Positions 1 through 7,964 of a DNA stretch of 32,000 nt are shown piece by piece; position 1 is the first letter of the stretch; each line of letters starts with the position of its first letter. Both the position numbers and the translations under genes were made by a program. The notes beneath the pieces were generated by a model. It was given only the letters and a program-made list of their open reading frames with translations, made no database searches and was not told where the DNA came from. Origin of the DNA: Candidatus Contendobacter sp. (GTDB lineage: Bacteria; Pseudomonadota; Gammaproteobacteria; Competibacterales; Competibacteraceae); NCBI GenBank assembly GCA_049290615.1, contig JBATNZ010000172.1:18548-50547 (forward strand), given 5' to 3'.

Positions 1-2
1 TG

Positions 3-935
3 TTCTGGGCCGCCGGGATGCGGCCGGAAGATCGCTATGTTCACGCCCTCAATTTCACCCTGTTCGTCGGCGGACCGGACGTGATCGGCGCGCAGAATCT
101 GGGCGCGCTGTGCCTCTGGGCGGGGGCCATTCCTTCCGACCGCTTGCTGTTTATCCTCAAGGAATTCCAGCCGACCGTGATTTGGACCACGCCGTCCTAC
201 GCCTGGGCTCTTGGCGAAACCGCTAAACAGCAGGGTATTGATCCAGCCAGGGATCTGGCCATCAACCGGATCATCGTCGCCGGCGAACCGGGCGGCTCCA
301 TCGACGCGACCCGGCAGGCAATTGAAAGCCTGTGGCAAGCTCAGGTTTTCGACTTTTACGGCATCTCCGACATTTTCGGGGCCTGCGCCGGCATGTGCCG
401 CGAGCGAAACGGTTTGCACCTTGCGGAAGACCACATTCTGGTGGAAATGATCGATCCGAAGACTCTGGAACCGGTGGCGGACGGGGAACGCGGCGAACTG
501 GTGCTGACCACTTTGCGCAAAACCGCCCGCCCCATGATTCGTTTCCGCACCGGCGACATCGGGACGGTGAATCGGGAACCCTGCGCCTGCGGCCGAACCC
601 ACGCGCGGATTGCCATCACCGGCCGACTGGACGACATGTTCATCGTTTCCGGGGTCAACGTGTTTCCCAGCGATGTCGAATATGTGATCAGGAAGGTGGA
701 ACACCTGACGGGCGAATATCGGATCACGGTGTTCACCGAGAATTATACGACCCGCTATCAAGTCGAGGTGGAGAGAAATCAAAACAGTAACGCCAGTCAT
801 TCTGAGTTAGCGGAAGAAGTCTCCCACCAACTCAAAACCCGCTTGGGAGTAAAGCCGAAAGAGGTCTTGGTGCTGGAACCGGGCGAGTTGCCAAGAGCGA
901 CCCATAAAGCCAAGCGGCTGATTGAGTTACGGTAA
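3..935 (+). CDS. PaaK / coenzyme F390 synthetase-family adenylate-forming ligase; 5' end lies outside the window
   Basis: Reading frame is open from the window edge. Translated motifs are typical of the phenylacetate-CoA ligase family: TTPSYAWAL, VAGEPGG, DFYGISD, GLHLAEDH, GELVLTTL, RFRTGDIG, CACGRTH, GRLDDMFIVSGVNVFP. Confidence 0.8.
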   Translation, partial: FWAAGMRPEDRYVHALNFTLFVGGPDVIGAQNLGALCLWAGAIPSDRLLFILKEFQPTVIWTTPSYAWALGETAKQQGIDPARDLAINRIIVAGEPGGSIDATRQAIESLWQAQVFDFYGISDIFGACAGMCRERNGLHLAEDHILVEMIDPKTLEPVADGERGELVLTTLRKTARPMIRFRTGDIGTVNREPCACGRTHARIAITGRLDDMFIVSGVNVFPSDVEYVIRKVEHLTGEYRITVFTENYTTRYQVEVERNQNSNASHSELAEEVSHQLKTRLGVKPKEVLVLEPGELPRATHKAKRLIELR

Positions 936-1004
936 AGCCGACGGAAATACTCTGACTCAAATATGGCTACGAATCCATGGCTTGAAAAGACCGGGAGAAA
1001 GTGA

Positions 1005-2252
1005 ATGTCGACCATCGAAAGTGGCAGGGAATTGACGCTGGACGATGTTGTGGAAAAGTACCCCGAGGTTCCAAGGCTGATCGCCGTTAAGATTGATGTG
1101 CAAAGACGCGGGGTCCATTATACCGACCACGCCTTGTCCAGGCTGGATAAGGAATTACATCAGCTTAGGGGCGCTGCCTTGTTCGGTTCCAGGGACGCAA
1201 AACTCACGCCTTTGCCGGAGTCTTTAATATTGCGGGATGGCACGACGGTTCTGACCGATCCGACTCCTATCGAACAAAATCCTTATCTGGTTGATTTTAT
1301 GGACGGCAAACTGGTTATTACCGATCAGGGAGCCGTTATCGAAGAGGTGGAGTATTGGCCAAAGCCTGATTTCTATGGCAAGAAAACTGCTTCGGGTAAG
1401 CCGATGGAGTTCATCGTTACCGCAAGGCCGCAGCGGTTGCAGGTCATGCCATCCAGCTATTGCCACTTCTGGACCAACGATCATGGTTGCAAGTACTGTG
1501 ACATCGTGAATCATCTGAAACACCAGAAATCAGGGCTTGGCGTGCCGGCAAAACTGCATCCTCAAGAGGTCGGTGAGGTTATACAGGAGGCGCTGAAACA
1601 GCCCGGAAGGTTCTCAAGTATTTGCCTGACCGCGGGTTCGGATACCAGAGGCGCCGAACCCTTTGATGAAGAAGTTGAATACTATGTCGAGCTTCTACAG
1701 GTCATCGGTGAGAACTTTAAAACCAGAAAATTCCCCAGCCAGCTCATTGCAACGGCATTTAATGAGAAGCAGCTTGAAAAGCTCTATCGTGAAACTGGAC
1801 TGATGGGTTATACTGCGGATATTGAAGTATTGAATGAAGATCTATTTAACTGGATATGTCCCGGCAAGGCGGAATGGGTCGGCTATCAGGAGTGGAAAAA
1901 TAGCTTGATAAAAGCCGTGGATATCTTTGGGCGCGGCAATGTGAATACTGGCATTGTCGCCGGGGTCGAATTGGCAAAACCCCACGGCTTTTCCAACGAA
2001 AATGAGGCGTTGCAAGCAACGCTGGAAGAGGCCGAAGACCTTGCGGCCAACGGTGTTTCAACCATCTTCATGGTCTGGATTCCAAGACCACAGGCTTATT
2101 TTCATGACCAGAAAAATGCTTCGCTTGAGTATTATGTCAGCTTGGCGAAAAATCTACATGAATTGAGAAAAAAATATTCCCTGAATATTGATTTCGATGA
2201 TTACCGAAGATGCGGAAACCATCCTGATGGCGATTTGACACGAATTCTGTAA
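1005..2252 (+). CDS. Putative Fe-S / radical-SAM-like enzyme with non-canonical CX8CX2C triad; family not recognised
   Basis: 415-aa ORF with GGGAGA about 6 nt upstream of the ATG. There is a single clustered Cys triad, C153-x8-C162-x2-C165 (YCHFWTNDHGCKYCD, nt 1461-1499), after an N-terminal domain of about 150 aa. The gene is 69 nt downstream of the ligase gene. The functional call is tentative. Confidence 0.55.
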   Translation: MSTIESGRELTLDDVVEKYPEVPRLIAVKIDVQRRGVHYTDHALSRLDKELHQLRGAALFGSRDAKLTPLPESLILRDGTTVLTDPTPIEQNPYLVDFMDGKLVITDQGAVIEEVEYWPKPDFYGKKTASGKPMEFIVTARPQRLQVMPSSYCHFWTNDHGCKYCDIVNHLKHQKSGLGVPAKLHPQEVGEVIQEALKQPGRFSSICLTAGSDTRGAEPFDEEVEYYVELLQVIGENFKTRKFPSQLIATAFNEKQLEKLYRETGLMGYTADIEVLNEDLFNWICPGKAEWVGYQEWKNSLIKAVDIFGRGNVNTGIVAGVELAKPHGFSNENEALQATLEEAEDLAANGVSTIFMVWIPRPQAYFHDQKNASLEYYVSLAKNLHELRKKYSLNIDFDDYRRCGNHPDGDLTRIL

Positions 2253-2275
2253 AAAAACAACAGGATGAATCACAA

Positions 2276-2743
2276 ATGACTTTTGAACTGCATCAGGAAC
2301 TCATAGACCTGATTAATGACTATGGTACTATAAAGGTATTAGCTACGGTGGATGAAAAAGGGCAGCCTCACTCGGTTGTGAAACAGTTCATGCATGTTCT
2401 GGAAAATGGCAATTTCGTTTATCTTGAACTCTTGGAGTCTTCAAGGAGTTACAAGAACTTTACTAGAAGTCTTTGGTACAACCAGAGGGTCTCCATAACG
2501 GTTGTGGGAGGCAAAGGTGAACACTGGCAAATTAAGGGAAAACCTGAAAAAATCATTATCAGCGGACCCGTTTTCGAACGATACTATAAATACGCAAGAA
2601 AGAGGCTTGGAGATGTTGATTTGGCCGCTGTTTGTATTGTTGAACCGGAAGAGCTTGTTAATGAATCATTTTATTACTGCTTTGAACAGCAGGAGAATCA
2701 GCAACCGATATTCAAGCATCTGGATCGTCTTGTAAAAAATTAA
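2276..2743 (+). CDS. Pyridoxamine-5'-phosphate-oxidase-like (FMN/deazaflavin split-barrel) protein
   Basis: 155-aa ORF with an N-terminal pattern typical of the PNPOx-like family (IKVLATVDEKGQPHSV ... FVYLELLESSRSYKNF ... RVSITVVG). It starts 23 nt after the upstream stop codon. Confidence 0.55.
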   Translation: MTFELHQELIDLINDYGTIKVLATVDEKGQPHSVVKQFMHVLENGNFVYLELLESSRSYKNFTRSLWYNQRVSITVVGGKGEHWQIKGKPEKIIISGPVFERYYKYARKRLGDVDLAAVCIVEPEELVNESFYYCFEQQENQQPIFKHLDRLVKN

Positions 2744-2784
2744 ATCCATCACTATCTGCTTAATTTGTCGGATAAATTCGTTTT

Positions 2785-3312
2785 ATGAACGAAAGTGGCA
2801 AGGGTTTTTTATTCGTACCAGCCGGGAAAATGGACATTCCATTGGCATTGAATTTCAGAAGAATCTTGTTCGATGAAATGGGAGTGCCTGACAATTCATT
2901 AATCGATAACTGTTACGATATTCTTTTCAAGTTGTACCAGGAAGAATTTGAGGAGGGAAGGATACAGCACTTCATTGCTTACAACGGAGAACATGAGCCT
3001 GTCGCCATCGCTGGCGCATTACTAAAAACTGATTTTCCCTACTATCTTTTCAAGCCTGGCTACTATGGCTGGATTATCGATGTATACACCGTTCCAAAAT
3101 ACAGAGGCAGGAAGCTTGCCAGCCAGCTTCTGGAATTAACCCAGCAATGGCTGGTCGCCAAGGGAGTGCAGGAAGCAAAACTGATTGCGGCGGGAAGCGC
3201 CGCAAGGCGGCTTTATGAGCGGTTGGGATACCGGGCGACCTGGGAGATGAGTGTTAATTTGTCTGGCAACAAAACATATAACGAGTTTATCGATTTGAAA
3301 AAAGAACCATGA
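2785..3312 (+). CDS. GNAT-family N-acetyltransferase
   Basis: 175-aa ORF with an acetyl-CoA-binding region (DVYTVPKYRGRKLASQLLELTQQWL) and the C-terminal RLYERLGY motif characteristic of GNAT proteins. Confidence 0.7.
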   Translation: MNESGKGFLFVPAGKMDIPLALNFRRILFDEMGVPDNSLIDNCYDILFKLYQEEFEEGRIQHFIAYNGEHEPVAIAGALLKTDFPYYLFKPGYYGWIIDVYTVPKYRGRKLASQLLELTQQWLVAKGVQEAKLIAAGSAARRLYERLGYRATWEMSVNLSGNKTYNEFIDLKKEP

Positions 3313-3461
3313 TCCACCTTTTTCAGGGTTTCATCGAATCCATAAACGGAGAGAGTAACGATGGAAGTCATGGTGTGGTAGTGATGCACTGTGGTCAGGA
3401 CTATATCAGATGGAAGATTTATCACGGCTACATCTGACTTTGCTGATTTGAAAGGTTTGGA

Positions 3462-4985
3462 ATGCGCTACGGATTCGTCATTGATCAAAACCGCTGCATC
3501 GGCTGTCATGCCTGCACTGTTGCTTGTAAAGCAGAACATAATATCGCCGTCGGTGTGAATCGAACATGGGTCAAGTATATTGAAAAAGGCCGTTATCCAA
3601 ACACGCGCCGTCACTTTGCCGTCCTGCGCTGCAATCACTGCGACAACGCTCCTTGCATCGAAATCTGTCCAACAGTAGCTCTATTTCGGAGACCGGACGG
3701 TATCGTCGACTTCGACCATGAGCGCTGCATCGGCTGCAAATCGTGCATGCAGGCTTGCCCCTACGACGCGCTTTACATTGATCCGGATAGAAACACCGCG
3801 GCAAAGTGCAATTTCGACGCTTCGCGCGTGGAGATGGGCTACAAGCCCGCCTGCGAGGTCGTCTGCCCGACGCAAGCGATACTGTCCGGCGACCTCGACG
3901 CTCCGGCGAGCGAGATCAGCAAGCGGATTGCAATGGAGAAAGTCAGCGTTCGAAAGCCGGAAAAGGGCACCAGGCCAAAGCTTTTTTACGTCGGTGTGGA
4001 CGGAGATCTGCTCCAGCCCGCGATGATGGAGCCTCAATCAGCGCACTTTTGGGCGGAAAAGCAGCCGGGTGAAGATCGTTATGCCCTGAATCAAGGGAAC
4101 GCGGACCGGCCAATTCCAGGAAGTGGACGAGAGGTCTACGATGTACCGCACGCGACGCCATGGAAAAAAAAGATCGCGATCTATCTTTGGGCCAAGTCCA
4201 TCTCCGCAGGAGTGTTGTTGATTTCTGCCTTACTGCTCCACATCGGCTTCGAGCAGGACATGCGATTACTGTGCGTCGTGAACCCTGTCGTAGCGCTCGT
4301 ATTTTTAGGGATCACCTTATTTTTGCTCGTCTTCGATCTCAAGAAACCGGGGCGGTTTTATTTTCTTCTCACTCGCCCTAACTGGAGATCTTGGCTAGTT
4401 CGAGGAGGCTATCTTCTTTTGATTTATGGAATGTTGGCTGCGGCGTGGCTCGGACAAGGGCTGACCGAAGGATCGGTCAAACCCTTTTTGTTTTTGCCGA
4501 CCGCAATCTTCGCGATTGCATCGACTTGCTACTCGGCTTTTCTCTTCGCTCAGGCGAAAGGCCATGATTTCTGGCGAAGCCCATTGTTGTTCTGGCAGCT
4601 CCTGATCCAGGCCGTCACTGCGGGGGCAGCGATGTTGATCCTGCTGAGTACGCTGTTTGACCTCAGCGTGCCGTTGTTTTTCTGGCTTCGTGATCTGCTC
4701 TTGACCTCTCTGTGTCTGAGCCGCGCGTTGCTATTGAGCGAACTTTTCGTGGACCACGGTGGGGAGGAAATCAAACGTGCGACGGCACTGCTCACCAAAG
4801 GGGCTTTGCGAGGTCAATTTTGGACTGTCGTCATTGGGCTTGGCTGCATTGCGCCATTGATCCTGATTCTTTGGCCCGAGAGCCCTTGGTTGCTCTATAG
4901 CGTCGCCAGCGTTTTGGTTCTACTCGGCCTATGGATGTATGAAGATCTCTGGATCAAGGCAGGCCAATCCGTGCCGCTAAGCTAA
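3462..4985 (+). CDS. Fusion protein: four-cluster ferredoxin (PsrB/NrfC/SoeB-like) domain + NrfD/PsrC-type integral membrane quinone-interacting domain
   Basis: Residues 1-140 carry CIGCHACTVAC, CNHCDNAPCIEICP, CIGCKSCMQACP and CNFD..(11)..CEVVCP. There is no signal or Tat sequence, since the first Cys is residue 12. Residues ~230-507 are strongly hydrophobic (about 8 helices) and include the NrfD-like signature DLKKPGRFYFLLTRPNWRSWLVRGG. Confidence 0.85.
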   Translation: MRYGFVIDQNRCIGCHACTVACKAEHNIAVGVNRTWVKYIEKGRYPNTRRHFAVLRCNHCDNAPCIEICPTVALFRRPDGIVDFDHERCIGCKSCMQACPYDALYIDPDRNTAAKCNFDASRVEMGYKPACEVVCPTQAILSGDLDAPASEISKRIAMEKVSVRKPEKGTRPKLFYVGVDGDLLQPAMMEPQSAHFWAEKQPGEDRYALNQGNADRPIPGSGREVYDVPHATPWKKKIAIYLWAKSISAGVLLISALLLHIGFEQDMRLLCVVNPVVALVFLGITLFLLVFDLKKPGRFYFLLTRPNWRSWLVRGGYLLLIYGMLAAAWLGQGLTEGSVKPFLFLPTAIFAIASTCYSAFLFAQAKGHDFWRSPLLFWQLLIQAVTAGAAMLILLSTLFDLSVPLFFWLRDLLLTSLCLSRALLLSELFVDHGGEEIKRATALLTKGALRGQFWTVVIGLGCIAPLILILWPESPWLLYSVASVLVLLGLWMYEDLWIKAGQSVPLS

Positions 4986-4997
4986 GAAAGGAAAGAT

Positions 4998-7823
4998 ATG
5001 AGTGAAAGCCGGTTGCCTCATCATCCAGTTGCCGCAGAGCTTGATCCCCTCAGCAGCCTGGTCAGTTATCCACCTACGGAAAAGTGGGACGACTGGGTGG
5101 AGTACGATACGGCCCATTGGCCCAAGAAGGTTGAAAAGCGTTATCAGATCATTCCCACGATTTGTTTTAATTGCGAAGCGGCGTGTGGACTGATCAGTTT
5201 TGTGGATAAGGAAACATTGCGCATCCGTCGCTTCGAAGGCAATCCGGAACATCCGGGCAGTCGCGGTCGCAATTGCGCCAAGGGACCCGCGACACTGAAT
5301 CAAGTCACCGACCCCGAACGGATCCGTTACCCGCTGAAGCGTACTGGAAAAAGGGGAGAAGGCCACTGGGAGCGGGTCAGTTGGGACGAAGTTCTCGACG
5401 ACATTGCGGCATGCGTGCGACGGGCCCTTCAAGATGATCGGCGCAACGAGATCATGTATCACGTCGGGCGTCCGGGTCACGAGCTTCTCTATCATCAGAG
5501 AATTCTCCATGCCTGGGGGATTGACGGCCACAATAGCCACACCAATGTCTGCTCAGCCAGCGCCCGTGCAGGTTATGCGTTCTGGTCGGGCAGCGATCGA
5601 CCGTCGCCGGATCATGCCAACGCCCGCTTCATCTTGTTGCTGAGTTCGCATCTGGAAAGCGGCCACTATTTCAACCCGCATGCTCAACGCATCGTCGAGG
5701 CTAAAAACCAGGGGACGAAAATTTGCGTCATCGATACGCGCCTTTCCAATACCGCGTCCAAGGCCGATTACTGGCTGTCGTCATGGCCGGGAAGCGAAGC
5801 AGCGATCTTACTGGCCATGAGTAATATTCTCTTGCAAGAGGATCTCTTCGACCGTCAATTTGTCCGGAGGTGGGTCAACTGGGAAGAATATCTGCGCGAA
5901 GAGCACTCCGATGAGCCGCAAATCTTCCAATCGTTCATTTCGTTATTGAAACGAAACTACGCGCAGTACACGCCGGAATTTGCCGCCAAGGAAGCCGGCG
6001 TCGATCCGCGCGTCTTGGTCGAGGTCGCGCATGAAATAGCCAAGGCGGGGACGGCGTTTTCCAGCCATGTTTGGCGCAACGCCGCCGCGGGAAATCTCGG
6101 CGGCTGGCAAGTCGCGCGGGCGCTACAGTTTTTAGCCGTGCTTGTCGGTGCGGTCGGAACTCCCGGCGGCACCGCGCCCAACGCGGCAAATAAATTCATC
6201 CCTGCTCCACCGCTGATGCCGCCACCGTCCAAGGTGTGGAACGAGATGCTGTTGCCGAAGGAATATCCCCTGGCATTCTTCGAGATGAGTTTTCTGTTGC
6301 CGCACTTTATCAAAGAAGGACGAGGCAAGCTCGCCATGTATTTCACCCGGACTTACAACCCGGTCTGGACTAATCCAGACGGCATGAGCTGGATCGAAAT
6401 GCTCACGGACGAGAGCAAGGTCGAGCGTCACGCTTGCCTCACGCCCACGTGGAGCGAGACCGCCTGGTTTGCCGATTATGTTTTGCCGATGGGACACGCC
6501 TCCGAGCGGCATGACTTGATGAGCCAGGAGACTCATGCGGCGCGCTGGATCGGTTTTCGCCAGCCCGTACTCAGAGTTGCGTTGGAGAAACAGGGGAGGG
6601 AATTTAACTTCACCTACGAGGCGCATCGTGAAGCTGGCATCGGCGAAGTATGGGAAGAAGATGAATTCTGGATTGAATTGTCGTGGCGCGTCGATCCTGA
6701 CGGCTCGCTGGGCATCCGAAAATACTTCGAATCGCCCTATGAACCTGGCAAAAAGATGACGGTGGAGGATTATTATCGCTGGATTTTCGAAAATAGCGTA
6801 CCGGGTCTTCCCGCAACGGCGATGAAAAAAGGATTAGCGCCATTAGAGTATATGCGCAAATACGGCGCCTTTCTGATCGAGGACAATGTTTATCATGTCC
6901 ACGAAACTGGGCTCAAAGCGGATGATTTGAACGACGCAACCACAGATCCAGTGACCCATCTCATTGCGAAAAACGGCGCTACTCTAGGGGTCGAGGTCGA
7001 TGGCCAAGCTTGCACCGGCTTTCCCACGCCATCGCGGAAGCTCGAGTTTTACTCGAAGACGCTGAAGGACTGGAAATGGCCGGAATACGCGATTCCCGGT
7101 TACATTAAAAGTCACGTTCACCCGGAGCAAATCGATTTCGATGCCGGCGAGATGCTGCTGCTTCCGACATTCCGTCTACCGACGTTAATCCACACCCGTT
7201 CCGGCAACGCAAAATGGTTGTACGAAATCTCCCATAGAAATCCGCTTTGGATTAATACCAAGGATGCGCAACATCTTGGCGTGAAAACAGGAGACCTTCT
7301 AAAAGTCCAGACGGAGATCGGTTACTTCGTCGATAAAGTGTGGGTTACGGAAGGGATCAAGCCCGGCGTCGTAGCCTGCTCGCACCATCTCGGCCGGTGG
7401 CGGCTTCAAGAAGATTTTGGCGGCGAACGGTGGTCCACCGCTCTCGTTGATATAAAACAAGTCGGCGAGGGGAGATGGATGATGCGTCAGGTCCACGGCA
7501 TTAAACCTTTCAAGAGCGATGATTCCGATTCCGAGAGGATTTTCTGGGAAGATCCCGGCGTGCATCAGAACCTCACTTTCCCAGTGCAACCCGATTACAT
7601 CAGCGGCCAGCACTGCTGGCATCAGAAGGTGCGAGCGACCAAGCCGGGCCCCGACGATAAGTACGGCGATATCTTTGTGGACACCAACAAATCCCACGAA
7701 GTCTACAAGCGCTGGCTCACTATGACGCGTCCGGCGCCGGGACCGGATAATCTTCGCCGGCCACTGTGGCTGCCGCGATCATATAAGCCTGCTCCCGAGG
7801 CGTATCATTTGCAGGAGAAATAG
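4998..7823 (+). CDS. Molybdopterin (Mo/W-bisPGD, DMSO-reductase superfamily) oxidoreductase catalytic subunit, no export signal
   Basis: 941-aa ORF with AAGGAAAG upstream as a ribosome-binding site. It has an N-terminal FeS0 motif CFNCEAACGL...GRNCAKG, a probable Mo-ligand region HNSHTNVCSASARAG, and C-terminal molybdopterin-binding-domain motifs (VKTGDLLKV, GVVACSHHLGRW, HQNLTFPVQPDYISGQ). No RR twin-arginine motif occurs in the first ~55 residues. It starts 12 nt after the FeS-NrfD gene. Confidence 0.9.
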   Translation: MSESRLPHHPVAAELDPLSSLVSYPPTEKWDDWVEYDTAHWPKKVEKRYQIIPTICFNCEAACGLISFVDKETLRIRRFEGNPEHPGSRGRNCAKGPATLNQVTDPERIRYPLKRTGKRGEGHWERVSWDEVLDDIAACVRRALQDDRRNEIMYHVGRPGHELLYHQRILHAWGIDGHNSHTNVCSASARAGYAFWSGSDRPSPDHANARFILLLSSHLESGHYFNPHAQRIVEAKNQGTKICVIDTRLSNTASKADYWLSSWPGSEAAILLAMSNILLQEDLFDRQFVRRWVNWEEYLREEHSDEPQIFQSFISLLKRNYAQYTPEFAAKEAGVDPRVLVEVAHEIAKAGTAFSSHVWRNAAAGNLGGWQVARALQFLAVLVGAVGTPGGTAPNAANKFIPAPPLMPPPSKVWNEMLLPKEYPLAFFEMSFLLPHFIKEGRGKLAMYFTRTYNPVWTNPDGMSWIEMLTDESKVERHACLTPTWSETAWFADYVLPMGHASERHDLMSQETHAARWIGFRQPVLRVALEKQGREFNFTYEAHREAGIGEVWEEDEFWIELSWRVDPDGSLGIRKYFESPYEPGKKMTVEDYYRWIFENSVPGLPATAMKKGLAPLEYMRKYGAFLIEDNVYHVHETGLKADDLNDATTDPVTHLIAKNGATLGVEVDGQACTGFPTPSRKLEFYSKTLKDWKWPEYAIPGYIKSHVHPEQIDFDAGEMLLLPTFRLPTLIHTRSGNAKWLYEISHRNPLWINTKDAQHLGVKTGDLLKVQTEIGYFVDKVWVTEGIKPGVVACSHHLGRWRLQEDFGGERWSTALVDIKQVGEGRWMMRQVHGIKPFKSDDSDSERIFWEDPGVHQNLTFPVQPDYISGQHCWHQKVRATKPGPDDKYGDIFVDTNKSHEVYKRWLTMTRPAPGPDNLRRPLWLPRSYKPAPEAYHLQEK

Positions 7824-7964
7824 ACCTTTGTCAGATATTAACCAGATTTAGGGGTAATTTATAATTTTTTTTCACAAACAAAACGTTTTTTATTCTTTTT
7901 AATTTTGAAAAAGCCCGTTTAGGCTATCAACAATCTTTATATTCCACCTAGACGGGAGTCTCCC
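7824..7964 (+). promoter_or_regulatory. AT-rich promoter/operator region upstream of tauA
   Basis: 141-bp spacer of very low GC between GC-richer genes. It contains T/A runs and the motif TTTATTCTTTTTAAT (7889-7903), which recurs upstream of metQ. No -10/-35 assignment was attempted. Confidence 0.35.

Noticed and set aside
3213-3638. 141-aa minus-strand ORF bridging the GNAT and FeS-NrfD genes
   Set aside because: It overlaps both well-supported plus-strand genes (about 100 nt and 177 nt). It has no motif or ribosome-binding site that I could see.
4998-5165. Tat or Sec signal on the molybdoenzyme
   Set aside because: No RRxF(L)K motif or hydrophobic h-region occurs before the FeS0 cysteine motif, so I treat the enzyme as cytoplasmic. 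A mis-called start cannot be fully excluded from sequence alone.
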